Below, in pieces: positions 1-10,082 of a DNA stretch of 64,000 nucleotides (positions are counted from its first letter, which is position 1; each line of letters opens with the position of its first letter). This DNA is from Acidobacteriota bacterium (GTDB taxonomy: Bacteria; Acidobacteriota; UBA890; WLXD01): assembly GCA_963666055.2 (NCBI GenBank), contig CAXWPH010000015.1, positions 32,001-96,000 on the forward strand. The letters are read 5' to 3'. The position numbers were made by a program, and so were the translations under genes. Below the pieces are notes generated by a model, which worked only from the letters and a program-made list of their open reading frames with translations, did not search any database and was not told the DNA's origin.

Positions 1-663
1 AATATTGGTGCTGACGTTGTCGAGGAAGCGATGATCGTGCGAGATCACCACCACCGGCCCGGCGAAATTCTGCAGGAACTTCTCCAGCCAGCGGATCGAC
101 ACGATGTCGAGATGATTGGTGGGCTCGTCGAGCAGAAGGATGTCGGGGGAGCCGGCCAGGACCTGCGCCAACAGCACCCGTAGCTTGAAGCCACCGGAGA
201 GCGTCGAGAGGGCGTCGCGATGACCCGCGGTCGGCAGGCCGAGCCCTTCGAGAATCTCGGCCGCACGAGCTTCGGCCGAATACCCGTCGTGGCGCACGAT
301 GATGTCCTCGAGCTCGGCATACCGATCGCCGTCGAAGTCCGTTTCGGCGTTCGCCAGCACCTCGTCCTTCTCGACGATCGCCTCCCATAGCTCACGATTG
401 CCCATCATCGTGACGCCCAGAATCTCCTCATCCTCGTAGAGAAACTGGTCTTGCAGCAGCGTTCCCAACTTGACGCGCTTCGGGATGGATACGGAGCCCT
501 CAGACGGCTCCTCGACACCGATGAGGAGATTCAGCAATGTCGTCTTACCCGAACCGTTGGCGCCAACCAACCCATAGCGCTCGCCGGCGTTGAGTCGAAA
601 CGTCACGTCGGTAAACAGCGTCTGAGCGCCGAACGACTTCGACAGGCCGGAGACAGAGATCAT
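1..663 (-). CDS. ABC-F family ATP-binding protein (runs off window edge)
   Basis: Manual translation from ATG 663: MISVSGLSKSFGAQTLF..., Walker A GANGSGKT, signature LSGGFKLR, Walker B LLLDEPTNHLD; not in ORF track because it is open at the edge. Confidence 0.9.
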   Translation of the reverse strand, partial: MISVSGLSKSFGAQTLFTDVTFRLNAGERYGLVGANGSGKTTLLNLLIGVEEPSEGSVSIPKRVKLGTLLQDQFLYEDEEILGVTMMGNRELWEAIVEKDEVLANAETDFDGDRYAELEDIIVRHDGYSAEARAAEILEGLGLPTAGHRDALSTLSGGFKLRVLLAQVLAGSPDILLLDEPTNHLDIVSIRWLEKFLQNFAGPVVVISHDHRFLDNVSTNI

Positions 664-908
664 CGATCGCAGCTAACGGTAGAGGGGCAGGACTGGGAGG
701 CAACCACGCCTCCAACGGAGAGCGCCCGGCGGAGCCCGTGCCCCGCCCGTTCATCCTACCGCCTGATCGCGTCGCTAATAGGCCGCGATCGCCGCCGGGA
801 AAGCCAGACCCATCCTCGAACCGAGCACCAGTGCAGGATCCATACACTTCTTTACATACCCAAGACGGCAACGGTGTCGTCTTTGCGCGCCACCATGGCG
901 TCCAACCT

Positions 909-928
909 CTAGTAGGCCGTGGTGAAAG
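909..928 (+). repeat. CTAG-ended repeat family, end fragment
   Basis: CTAGTAGGCCGTGGTGAAAG. Confidence 0.6.
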
Positions 929-962
929 GTTGTCCGTGCCCCAAAGCACCTAGGAAGAGCCC

Positions 963-1685
963 ATGAGCACCTGGATCTTGATCGCGACGGTGATGATCGG
1001 CGGCGTGTTGCAGCAAGACGTCAAGCCGCAGTTTTCAACCACCGTCTCGTTGATGGCTGGCACCTGGCTGCTCGACGAGCAGCTGAGCCAGGACCCCCGC
1101 GAGGCCATGCGTGACGCCATGCGCGGCGGCCGCGGTGGCATGCGAATGGGCATCGGCGGACGCCCCGGTGGTGGCGGCGGCGGTGGTGGCGGCGGCGGAC
1201 GCCCCGGCGGTGGTGGCGGCGGTGGGCGACCCGGTGGTGGCGGCGGCGGAGGACGACCCGGTGGTGGCGGCGGCGGCGGGCGACCGGGTGGTGGTGGCGG
1301 GGGACGGCCCGATCCAGGCGCCGGCGGCGGGCCCGGTCTGGGATGGGCAGCCAGCAAAGAGATCGAGATCACCAGCAAGGACCCCGGCCTGATGATGGCC
1401 AACGAGACTGGCCTGTTGCGCTACGTCCTTGCCGACGGGCTCTGGGTGGAGCGCAAGCTTCCGGACGGCTCGCGCGCCGAGATCAAGTCAGAGTGGGCTG
1501 ACGGCAAGCTCAAGATCACCACCGCCGTCGACCGCGGATTCAAGACAACGGAGACGTGGGAGGTGCTGCCCGAGGCCGATCGCTTGGTGTTGATACTCCA
1601 GATCGAGAGCCCGAGGCTCGACGATCCGATTTCGATTCGCCGAGTGTTCGATAAGGCCGCTGAGCCAGTCACCGACGGTCGTTGA
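963..1685 (+). CDS. Secreted hypothetical protein with Gly-rich (GGGGGGRP)n linker
   Basis: 240 aa ORF, N-terminal hydrophobic segment, beta-rich C-terminus. Confidence 0.75.
   Translation: MSTWILIATVMIGGVLQQDVKPQFSTTVSLMAGTWLLDEQLSQDPREAMRDAMRGGRGGMRMGIGGRPGGGGGGGGGGGRPGGGGGGGRPGGGGGGGRPGGGGGGGRPGGGGGGRPDPGAGGGPGLGWAASKEIEITSKDPGLMMANETGLLRYVLADGLWVERKLPDGSRAEIKSEWADGKLKITTAVDRGFKTTETWEVLPEADRLVLILQIESPRLDDPISIRRVFDKAAEPVTDGR
1150..1311 (+). repeat. Imperfect coding tandem repeat encoding GGGGGGRP units
   Basis: Five RP-delimited poly-Gly units, most ~24 nt long. Confidence 0.85.
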
Positions 1686-1693
1686 AGCGCGCC

Positions 1694-3289
1694 TCAACGC
1701 GGCAGCCGCGAAGAGGTTCGGATCTGCGCGATGAGCTCCTGGAATCCGGGAGTTTCCCGGATCGGGTCGAAGTAGGGATCATCATCGAGCACGCTCGGAT
1801 CAAGGTCGCTGATCGCCTGAGCTCGGCGTAACGTCTCGATGGCTTGTTCGCCGTCCCCGATCTGGGCGTGCGCGCGGGCCTGGTACAGCAGCACGTTGAA
1901 GCTGTCGGGCCGAATGAAGTCGGCCACCCCCAACAGCTCGAGCGCCGCCTCCGGGTCGCCTTGCGCCAGGTAGTCGCGAGGTTGGTAGAAAGCGAACAGC
2001 ACAAAGGTGGATTCGAGGAGCCGCTGTACCGCCAGCGCCCTCATGGGATCGTCGGTCACACGCGCCTGGCGCTTGAGCTCCTCCAAATTCAGGTATTGGA
2101 TCAGCTCCTGTGCACTGAGCTGTCGATCGCCGGCGCGGAGCTGCTCAACGACGGCAGCGAGCTCCTCCACGTAGGCGCGGTGCCGCGCCGAAAGTCGGTC
2201 GGCGAGATCGACCGCCGCGACGACCTCGTCGAGATCCTCGAAAGCCCGGACCTTTTCGGCGATCTGATCGAGCACCGAACGGCCGATCACCCCGTCGAAG
2301 TCAGCCAGCAGTCCCGAGTAGCGCCGCCAAGCCTCGTAGATATCGATGGCGCGTCGGCCGACGACTGGATCGCTCGCTACCGAGCCCGGCGCACTGCCGC
2401 CACCGGAATACGCCGCCCGCGCGCGGTTTTCCCACGCCTGCGCCTCGAGCACGCGTCTTGTATAGAGATCTGCCGCCAACGATCTATCGGGCGTGCGGAG
2501 CCCGGTCTTCATCGCTTGTAGCTCCATCCACTCGAGCGCCCGGGAGCAAACCTCTTCCGGGCCCCAGGAGTGGCCGCCGACGAAGTACTCGAACCGATGG
2601 GCAATAGCACCGCTGTCGAGGCGGCGATCCAGCGCACGCATCTCGTCATAGTTGAAGTCCGTGGTCCCAGCGGCACCGTAGTAGCCGTACGGAGCCTCGT
2701 CGGGAGGTACGAAGTTGCCGGGCAGGCCTCCACCGAATCCGACGATCCCGGCAACGAACGACTCGAGCTGTCCTGCGAACTCCCATGCCGACCTGGCGGT
2801 GCCGGAGAACCCACCTAGATAGAACCGCCGGTTGTCGAGCGCGTACAGCCGCGTGCTGTCGGTGAGCATCGCTTCGAGCGCCGGCGAATTGACGTCCTCC
2901 GATACGTCCGATGAGGTGTTGTACGAGCTTACGAGCACGTAGCCCAGCCGCTCTGCCGCAGGACGAAACAGCTCCAACGGTACGCGCGCGCGCCCGCGCG
3001 GATCCATCAGGAACAGCGCCGGCCACGACCGCTCGCGTGTGTACGCGCTCGGCAGATAAACGGCGAACGTCTGTTCCGGGTCGTGCAGACTCTGGATGTT
3101 GTCGGCGATCTCGCCCGGTTGTATGGCCTGTTCGAGCGTCTCCGCAGACTGCTGCGCAGCAGCCTGCATGCCGGGCGCAATGGCGATCGCGCCAGCAAGC
3201 GCCAGTCGCAGTGGAACCGTCGTCGGGAACCGGGATCTCATGGTCGCCCATCGTGGCACCTCAGACATCATCGGCTCAAGCTCCCCCAT
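1694..3289 (-). CDS. Secreted alpha/beta-hydrolase (esterase-like) with C-terminal TPR domain
   Basis: GFSGT nucleophile-elbow motif, GGHSW, signal-like N-terminus, TPR-like end (LDDDPYFDPIRETPGFQELI); true start may be 3268 or 3241. Confidence 0.7.
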   Translation of the reverse strand: MGELEPMMSEVPRWATMRSRFPTTVPLRLALAGAIAIAPGMQAAAQQSAETLEQAIQPGEIADNIQSLHDPEQTFAVYLPSAYTRERSWPALFLMDPRGRARVPLELFRPAAERLGYVLVSSYNTSSDVSEDVNSPALEAMLTDSTRLYALDNRRFYLGGFSGTARSAWEFAGQLESFVAGIVGFGGGLPGNFVPPDEAPYGYYGAAGTTDFNYDEMRALDRRLDSGAIAHRFEYFVGGHSWGPEEVCSRALEWMELQAMKTGLRTPDRSLAADLYTRRVLEAQAWENRARAAYSGGGSAPGSVASDPVVGRRAIDIYEAWRRYSGLLADFDGVIGRSVLDQIAEKVRAFEDLDEVVAAVDLADRLSARHRAYVEELAAVVEQLRAGDRQLSAQELIQYLNLEELKRQARVTDDPMRALAVQRLLESTFVLFAFYQPRDYLAQGDPEAALELLGVADFIRPDSFNVLLYQARAHAQIGDGEQAIETLRRAQAISDLDPSVLDDDPYFDPIRETPGFQELIAQIRTSSRLPR

Positions 3290-3337
3290 CAGCCTCGGCC
3301 ACGATGGCTCGCGGTGGACCGCACGAACACCCCTCGT

Positions 3338-4663
3338 CTACTCCTGCAGACGGTTATAACGCCGCAGGATTTCACGCAGACGCTCGTGGGGCAGTGCGTG
3401 GACGGTGACGCTGTCAGCGCCGGTCATGGTCTCGGCCGCCACCATGGCGTTGATCACCGCCTCCTCGGTCGCCTCTACCGTGGCGGCGAAGAACCGGCCG
3501 GTCTCCTCGTTCGCCAGCATCTCGAGGTTGGCGCTACCGGAGCGCGTGTTGGCGGCATGGCGATTTGCGGTGCTGATGGCCATGAAGATATCGCCGGATC
3601 CGTTGCCGGAGACACTACCGTTGCGTGCGAGCCCGAGCGAGACACGTCGCGCTACGCGTTTTAGTTGATGGGAAAGCAGCGGTGCGTCGGTGGCGACGAG
3701 CACGATGATCGACCCCAACTCATCGGGCGGCGAGGCGACATCGCGCGGCGGGCCGTGGCGTCCCTCACGGGCGAGCCCGGGAGGCCAGGCACTAGTATCG
3801 GCGACCGGCGCCCCGCCATCTGTACCAGGCATGAGATCGGGAATCTCCAGCCCCACCGGCACCCCGGCAACGCGCAGCAGCCGACGCAAGCCGTAGTTGC
3901 ACTGCACCAGCACGCCGACGGTGTACTCCGCACCCGCGACACTCACCCGACGCGACGAGGTGCCGGTGCCGCCTTTGAACCCGTGGCAGATCATTCCGGT
4001 TCCGCCGCCGACGTTCCCTTCCACCACCTTGCCGCCGGTGGCCGAGGCCAGCGCCGCCAAGGTGTGCTCCTCGGTGACATGCTGGCCGAGAATGTCGTTC
4101 AACGTGCCGTCCCAGGTTTCCCCGACGACGGGCAACGAGGCCAGCCACGGAGGATAGCCGTCGCCGCGATAGTCGACGCTCTTGCGTACCCCCCAGCGAA
4201 CGACAGCGTGGTGCACGATGCCAACACTGAGGGTGTTGGTGATCATGAACGGGCCTTCCATGATCCCCGAGTCCTCGACCCAGGTCGTGCCGGTAAGCTC
4301 ACCGTCGCCATTGAGCGCGAACCAACCGGCAAACACCGGCGCCGCATCGTCCTTGCCGCGCGGCCATACGGCCGTCACGCCGGTTCTGACCGGTCCCTTG
4401 CCGACCACCAAAGGGCCCTCGCCAGAGATCAATGTCGTGTAGCCGACCTCGACGCCGGCGACATCGGTGATCGCGTTGAGTGGTCCCGGGCGTCCTTCGA
4501 AAGGCACCCCGAGGTCGCGTGCTCGCGGCTTGTCCTGCGCGGCGAATGCTGCAGCGGCCGCCAATGGGGCGGCCACTGCCAGCAAGATGAGAACGATTCT
4601 GGCTCGGGAACGGCGCACCGGGAACCTCCTGTCTGGCGTAGCAGCGTCAGCGACTACCGCCAC
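3338..4663 (-). CDS. dmpA: P1/S58 family peptidase (DmpA-like aminopeptidase)
   Basis: RARDLG, NAITDVAGVEVG, GNVGGGTGM, GFKGGTGTSSR, GSIIV cleavage site, NGSGDIF. Confidence 0.9.
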   Translation of the reverse strand: MAVVADAATPDRRFPVRRSRARIVLILLAVAAPLAAAAAFAAQDKPRARDLGVPFEGRPGPLNAITDVAGVEVGYTTLISGEGPLVVGKGPVRTGVTAVWPRGKDDAAPVFAGWFALNGDGELTGTTWVEDSGIMEGPFMITNTLSVGIVHHAVVRWGVRKSVDYRGDGYPPWLASLPVVGETWDGTLNDILGQHVTEEHTLAALASATGGKVVEGNVGGGTGMICHGFKGGTGTSSRRVSVAGAEYTVGVLVQCNYGLRRLLRVAGVPVGLEIPDLMPGTDGGAPVADTSAWPPGLAREGRHGPPRDVASPPDELGSIIVLVATDAPLLSHQLKRVARRVSLGLARNGSVSGNGSGDIFMAISTANRHAANTRSGSANLEMLANEETGRFFAATVEATEEAVINAMVAAETMTGADSVTVHALPHERLREILRRYNRLQE

Positions 4664-4693
4664 GGTTCCCTATCGGCGCGCCAAGCTCAACCC

Positions 4694-5347
4694 TCAGGAG
4701 ACGGGTCGGCCGCTTGACTCACCGACCGCGGCGCGGCGGCTGAAGTCGAGCGCATAGAGCACGTACGCGGGGTAGATCCCGGTGTCCTGCGAGCCGGAGA
4801 TCGTGTAGTTGTTGCGCGCTGTACCCCGCGACACGAAGGCGATCTCCACTCGGCCGGTAACGCTACTGAAGCCCTTGCCCTCGGCGTGAGCACCGAACGT
4901 GAAGTATGTCCAGACGAGCCCAGTGCCAGAGCGGATGGGCCGCTCGCTATCCGGCAACCCGAGCGTCACCGCGATGCGGCCGCGGTCAGACCTCCAGCCG
5001 CGGAACGGCGTGTCGCGGTACCTGAGGTTGGCGTAGGCAACGCGCTCGTAGAATGCGTCCTTGAACGGGTTTCCCGGCTTCCGGAGATCGGCGTCACGAC
5101 GCTCCCAGAAACGGGTGATGAAGGCGGCGCGCTGGTCGGAGGTCCGTAGCTCCTTCCACACATCGCGCTCCTCGTCGAGGATCAGGTACTCCACCGGGCC
5201 ATCCAGCCAGTCGTCGAGGTCGCTCTCGTAGTACGCCATCGCCTCGGCGGCGGTAGTCGGCGACTGGCCGACCGCCTCCGCCGGCGCCACCGTAGCCAGC
5301 GCCAGGGTAAATGCCAGGGTCAACACGGTCGCCAATAGAACTCTCAT
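4694..5347 (-). CDS. GWxTD domain-containing protein
   Basis: FITRFWERRD...FYERVAYAN...GWRSDRGRI motif; signal peptide. Confidence 0.85.
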   Translation of the reverse strand: MRVLLATVLTLAFTLALATVAPAEAVGQSPTTAAEAMAYYESDLDDWLDGPVEYLILDEERDVWKELRTSDQRAAFITRFWERRDADLRKPGNPFKDAFYERVAYANLRYRDTPFRGWRSDRGRIAVTLGLPDSERPIRSGTGLVWTYFTFGAHAEGKGFSSVTGRVEIAFVSRGTARNNYTISGSQDTGIYPAYVLYALDFSRRAAVGESSGRPVS

Positions 5348-5412
5348 GTCACTCTCCTGTCGTTTCGCCCGACGGACGCAATGGATCATCGGCGATCGGG
5401 GGTTTGCCGAGG

Positions 5413-5440
5413 CTAGCAGGCCGTGGTGAAAGTGTGGTGG
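5413..5440 (+). repeat. CTAG-ended repeat family, end fragment
   Basis: CTAGCAGGCCGTGGTGAAAGTGTGGTGG, exact match to the 61219 end. Confidence 0.85.
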
Positions 5441-5679
5441 TGCTCCGGTTTTCGGACTCTACCGGTAACTTGTACCCGCCCGACGATCTGGTTACCAGGC
5501 CTCCCGTAGCATCGCGGCCCGCCCCCGTCCAGCTGTTCGCCAATGTGGCGCACCTGCTGGCGTGGTTCGAGTGCTATCGAAACGACCCTGTCTCGATGGA
5601 CAATAACTGAAGAATCGGATCATCCCAGGGCATGCTGGACAGTTGCCGCATGCCGCCCATTCGGCGCATCGAGGCTCTT

Positions 5680-6069
5680 ATGCCGAGCATCCGTGTCCGT
5701 GTCGTCGCCGCCTGGGCAGTGGCGATGTTGCTGGCACTGTTCTTCATCCAAACCGGACCCGGCAAGCTCAACCCCTCGCCGGCGTTGGTCGAGCGATTCG
5801 AGGGCTGGGGCTACAGTGGCGGCTTCGCACGGGTCGTCGGCATAGCCGAGACCACCGGCGCGCTGATCGTGCTGGTCCCCTCATTCGCTGCGTACGGCGC
5901 ATTGCTGATCGCCACGGTCATGATAGGAGCCATCTACACGCACCTGTCAACGGGTATCGGTGGTCCCGAGACAGCGGCGCAGATGCTGGTGCTGGCCGGC
6001 GCCCTGATAGCGTTGCGTGCCCGAGATGCTCGGCCGCTGCGCAAGCGACGCCGCATCGATCTCGTTTGA
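5680..6069 (+). CDS. DoxX family membrane protein
   Basis: Four TM segments, F-x-x-WGY, MIGAIYTH. Confidence 0.8.
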   Translation: MPSIRVRVVAAWAVAMLLALFFIQTGPGKLNPSPALVERFEGWGYSGGFARVVGIAETTGALIVLVPSFAAYGALLIATVMIGAIYTHLSTGIGGPETAAQMLVLAGALIALRARDARPLRKRRRIDLV

Positions 6070-6109
6070 GCAACCTGGAGCGGCGGCGGGCCCACCGGCC
6101 GCGAGCAGT

Positions 6110-6157
6110 TAGCAGGCCGGGAAGTGTGACCTGCTAGCGGCCTGTTACAGGCCACTA
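6110..6157. repeat. Collapsed repeat copy plus TAGCGGCCTGTTACAGGCCACTA palindrome
   Basis: TAGCAGGCCGGGAAGTGTGACCTGCTAG followed by a hairpin overlapping the SDR stop codon. Confidence 0.6.
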
Positions 6158-6944
6158 AATGAGGCTGCGGATCCAGCCGCCGTCGACGGCGATCGACGCG
6201 CCGGTGATGTAGCTGGCGCGCTCGGACGCAAGAAACGCCACCATCGCCGCGAACTCGCGCGGTTTCGCCAGCCTCCCCATGGGTATCGCCTCCTCCCAGG
6301 CGGCGACGATCTCATCGCGGCTGCCGCCCGTCGTCTCGGCCTGATGCCTGGCCAACTGCTCGACACGCTCGGTCCAGGTAAATCCAGGCATGACGTTGTT
6401 TACCGTCACCCCCGAGGCAGCAACCTCGTTGGCGAGCGTCCGCGCGAACCCGGTGACCGCTGCACGGATCGAGTTCGACAGGATCAGCCCGTCGACCGGC
6501 TGCTTCACGGCGATGGAAGTGATGTTGATAATGCGGCCCCAGCCCCTGTGACTTCATGCCAGGCAACACCGCGCGGCTGAAGTTGAGGACGCTATCGAGC
6601 GTACCCAGAACGGCGTCGCTCCAGACCTGCCGCGAATGTGCCTCGAACGGTCCGGCGGGAGGTCCACCGGAGTTGGTCACCAGCACGTCCACGTGCCCGT
6701 GAGCGTCGTGGGCAGCCGCCACCACCGCGTCGACATCCGTGGCGCGGCTCACGTCAGCCGGCACCGCCATTACCTCGGCCCCGACGGCGGTCAGCGACGC
6801 ACACGCCTCCTCGAGGGCCTCCTCACCACGCGCGCAGATGACCAGCTTGCAGCCTTCGGCGGCGAGCTCCTCGGCGACGGCGCGCCCTAGTCCCTTGCTT
6901 GCTGCGGCAACCAAGGCGACCTTGCCCTGCAGGCCGAGATCCTT
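6155..6944 (-). pseudogene. SDR family oxidoreductase, frameshifted (or assembly error)
   Basis: N-half (DLGLQGKVALVAAASKGLG, NSGGP) and C-half (GRIINI, NNVMPG, YITGASIAVDGG) lie in different frames, with an extra G in a G-run near 6543-6546; expected ATG at 6944 reads AAG. Confidence 0.8.
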
Positions 6945-6947
6945 ACG

Positions 6948-7319
6948 CTAGCCGTCGCGGAAATAGGTGTCGGTGCCGTCGAGCCAGTCCTGACGCGGCG
7001 GTGAGAACACGTCGACGTCGAGCGTGTCCTCTAACGCCTCGGCCTTGTGTGGAACGTTCGATGGCAGGGTGAGTACCTCGCCGGCGTGCACATCAATCGG
7101 CTCGGCATCCTCGCTACCGACCCAGAAGCGCAGGACACCATCGAGCACATAGGTGAGCTGCTCGTTGTCGTGTGAGTGCATCGGCACGATGCCACCCTTC
7201 TTGATATACACGTGCGCCAGCATCATGCGCTCGCAGGTAACCAGCCGACGGTCGATCAGATCGGTCACCTTCTCCTTCGGCATGTCTTCCCAGCGGAACT
7301 TGGACACTTCGCTTGCCAT
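6948..7319 (-). CDS. Cupin domain protein
   Basis: HSHDNEQ and PSNVPH cupin motifs, DVFSPPRQDW. Confidence 0.9.
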   Translation of the reverse strand: MASEVSKFRWEDMPKEKVTDLIDRRLVTCERMMLAHVYIKKGGIVPMHSHDNEQLTYVLDGVLRFWVGSEDAEPIDVHAGEVLTLPSNVPHKAEALEDTLDVDVFSPPRQDWLDGTDTYFRDG

Positions 7320-7442
7320 CAGCCACTCCTGTTCGGGCGGTCCCTGGTCACCTCGGGAACGCCAAAAGGCTCGTATCGTACCCGACGAGCGACGCAGATT
7401 GTCGCGCCGGCGGCGCCGCCTCGGGTGTAGCGTGCGGAACAC

Positions 7443-7490
7443 TCGCAAGACCCTGTCGCCGGACCCGCCACACTTCCACCACCGCCTTAG
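7443..7490 (-). repeat. CTAG-ended repeat family, half copy
   Basis: TCGCAAGACCCTGTCGCCGGACCCGCCACACTTCCACCACCGCCTTAG overlapping the glnS stop. Confidence 0.8.
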
Positions 7491-9889
7491 CCAGCGAGGC
7501 GCTCGCGTAGCAGCCGCTGGACGATGCCGCCGTCGGCACCGGCTCCCACCTCGGCCATCACCTGGCCCATGAAGAATCCCATCAACGCTTCACGCCCGGC
7601 TCGATACTCGTCGACCTTGTCGGGGTTGGCGGCAACCACGCGGTCGACGACCACGGCGAGCGCCGCCTCGTCGACAACCGCGTCCAGACCATGCTGTCGC
7701 ACGATAGCGTGCGGATCACCGCCCTCGGCAACCAGCAGCTCGAACACCAGACGGCCAGCGCGGGCGGTGATCTCCCCGGTCTCGACCATCGCCACCAAGG
7801 CGCCGAGCGTACCTCCGTCAAAGGGCAGGTCGTCGAGGCGACGCTCTTTGGTGGCCGGTAGCACTTCGTTGACGATCCACTTTGCCGTGGCTGCCGCATC
7901 GGCCGGCGCAGCGACGGCGGCCTCGAAGAAGTCCGCCAGCGCAGGATACCCGGTGAGCACGTCGGCATCGGCGGCGCTCAGGTCGAGCTCGGCTCGATAG
8001 CGCTCATAGCGCGACGCCAGATCGGCATCGGAATCGCGAGCCGCCGCACGCGCTTCGGCCGGCGTGCGCTTGCGGCGCTTGCGTCCCTCGTGGTCGCACT
8101 CCGTGCCGATCGCTGAGGCTGGCTCGCCATCGACCGCAGCCCCACCGGGTGCATCCGCGCGCCGCGCCGGCTCGTCCGCCGCCAGAGCCTTCGTCCACGA
8201 GTCACGCAACGTGACCACGCGGTTGAAGATCGGCGCGCCTGGCTCCGAATCGACCGGGTCGCTGAAAAAGTAGCCTTGCCGCTCGAACTGCAGATGGGTA
8301 CCAGGCATGGTCTTGGCCACGCTGGGCTCTGCCAGGGCTCCCTCCACCACGTTGAGCGAGTCGGGGTTCAGATCAGCGATCAGATCTCCGTCTCGTCCGG
8401 GGTCGGCGACGGCGAACAGCCGGTCGTAGAGCCGCACGGCGACAGCGACCGCGTGCTCCGCCGAAACCCAGTGCACCGTCCCCTTCACCCGCCGTCCGTC
8501 TGGTGTGGACCCGCCGCTGGTCTCGGGGTCGTAGCTGCAGCGTAGCTCCACGACCTCGCCGGAATCGTCCTTGACGACGTCGTCGCAACGGATCACGTAG
8601 CCGTACCTGAGCCTCACCTCGCGACCCGGAGCCAAGCGGAAGAACTTCGGCGGTGGCTGCTCCATGAAGTCCTCGCGCTCGATGTACAGCTCGCCGCCGA
8701 ACGGCACCGGGCGCGAACCCTCCCTCGGCACATCGTGGGGCCAGAGCGGAGCATCGATCTGTTCCACCTTGCCGGCCGGCCAGTTGGTGACCACCACCTT
8801 GAGCGGCCGCAGCACGCACATCATCCGCGGGGCCTCGTGGTTCAGATCATCGCGGATGGCGTACTCGAGCATGGCGATGTCGACGCGGCCCTCGGTCTTG
8901 GCCACACCAACCAGATCGCAGAAGTTGCGAATCGCCGCCGGCGTCACTCCGCGGCGCCGCAACCCGGCAATCGTCGGCATGCGCGGGTCGTCCCAACCGT
9001 CGACGTGCGCGCCTTCCACCAGCTGCAGCAACTTGCGCTTGCTGGTGATCGTGTAGTCGACATTGAGACGCGAAAACTCGAACTGGCAGGGCCTCGCCGA
9101 CCCCAGATCGAGGCTGTCGATGTACCAGTCGTAGAGCTCGCGGTTGTTCACGAACTCGAGCGTGCAGAGCGAGTGCGTGACCCCCTCGATGGCGTCGGAC
9201 TGGCCATGCGCCCAGTCATAGAACGGGTAGATGCACCACTCGTCGCCCCTCCGGTAGTGGTGCGCGTGACGAATTCGATACATCAGCGGATCACGCATCT
9301 TCATGTTCGGGTGGGCCATGTCGACGCGAGCGCGTAGCACCTTGGCACCGTCGGGGAACTCGCCAGCGCGCATGCGCGTGAAGAGATCGAGGTTCTCTGC
9401 TGCCGAGCGGTCGCGATAAGGGCTCTGGCGTCCGGGTTCGGTCACCGTGCCGCGATAGGCACGGATCTCTTCCTCGGTCAGGTCGTCGACGTAGGCCCTG
9501 CCCTTGCGAATCAGCTCGACGGCCCAATCGTACAGACGCTCGAAGTAGTCGGAGGCGTAGTACTCGTGCTCGCCCCAGTCGAACCCAAGCCACCGTACGT
9601 CGGCCTTGATCGCGTCGACATAGCGGGGATCTTCGGTGGCCGGGTTGGTGTCGTCGAAGCGCAGGTTGCAGTGCCCGCCAAACTCCGCCGCAATGCCGAA
9701 GTCGACACAGATCGCCTTGGCGTGTCCGATATGAAGGAAGCCGTTGGGCTCGGGGGGAAACCGGGTCACGATGCCGTCGTACTTCCCGGTGGCGAGGTCA
9801 TCGCGCACGATCGTACGGACGAAGTTGTTGCCGGACTCCCGGTCGGGGCCTACTCCTGGTTCCAAATCAGGCCTGCTGTCGGCGGCCAA
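7487..9889 (-). CDS. glnS: Glutamine--tRNA ligase with C-terminal GatB/YqeY domain
   Basis: [36 protein letters not shown]; C-terminal [10 protein letters not shown] YqeY domain; TTG start with GGGGAG RBS. Confidence 0.95.
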   Translation of the reverse strand: MAADSRPDLEPGVGPDRESGNNFVRTIVRDDLATGKYDGIVTRFPPEPNGFLHIGHAKAICVDFGIAAEFGGHCNLRFDDTNPATEDPRYVDAIKADVRWLGFDWGEHEYYASDYFERLYDWAVELIRKGRAYVDDLTEEEIRAYRGTVTEPGRQSPYRDRSAAENLDLFTRMRAGEFPDGAKVLRARVDMAHPNMKMRDPLMYRIRHAHHYRRGDEWCIYPFYDWAHGQSDAIEGVTHSLCTLEFVNNRELYDWYIDSLDLGSARPCQFEFSRLNVDYTITSKRKLLQLVEGAHVDGWDDPRMPTIAGLRRRGVTPAAIRNFCDLVGVAKTEGRVDIAMLEYAIRDDLNHEAPRMMCVLRPLKVVVTNWPAGKVEQIDAPLWPHDVPREGSRPVPFGGELYIEREDFMEQPPPKFFRLAPGREVRLRYGYVIRCDDVVKDDSGEVVELRCSYDPETSGGSTPDGRRVKGTVHWVSAEHAVAVAVRLYDRLFAVADPGRDGDLIADLNPDSLNVVEGALAEPSVAKTMPGTHLQFERQGYFFSDPVDSEPGAPIFNRVVTLRDSWTKALAADEPARRADAPGGAAVDGEPASAIGTECDHEGRKRRKRTPAEARAAARDSDADLASRYERYRAELDLSAADADVLTGYPALADFFEAAVAAPADAAATAKWIVNEVLPATKERRLDDLPFDGGTLGALVAMVETGEITARAGRLVFELLVAEGGDPHAIVRQHGLDAVVDEAALAVVVDRVVAANPDKVDEYRAGREALMGFFMGQVMAEVGAGADGGIVQRLLRERLAG

Positions 9890-9993
9890 AGCTCCCCCAT
9901 GCGACCGAGCGCAGAGAGTGCGCCACACGCCACCGCACCGTCGCGACACGCAGCGGCGCCGCCCAGCAGCATCGCAGACTCAGCGAACCTTGG

Positions 9994-10042
9994 CTAGCGG
10001 GCCGTGGTGGAAGTGTGGTGGGCCCGGCGACAGGGTCTTGCG
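9994..10042 (+). repeat. CTAG-ended repeat family, half copy
   Basis: CTAGCGGGCCGTGGTGGAAGTGTGGTGGGCCCGGCGACAGGGTCTTGCG. Confidence 0.85.
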
Positions 10043-10082
10043 CCCGCAACCCCCCTATTGGCTGAAGGGTTGCGTCGACGGC

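Noticed and set aside
950-1402. Proline-rich ORF on the minus strand and other long overlapping ORFs (e.g. 18006-19475, 27731-28999, 33989-35371)
   Set aside because: Antisense or alternative-frame shadows of real genes, expected at high GC
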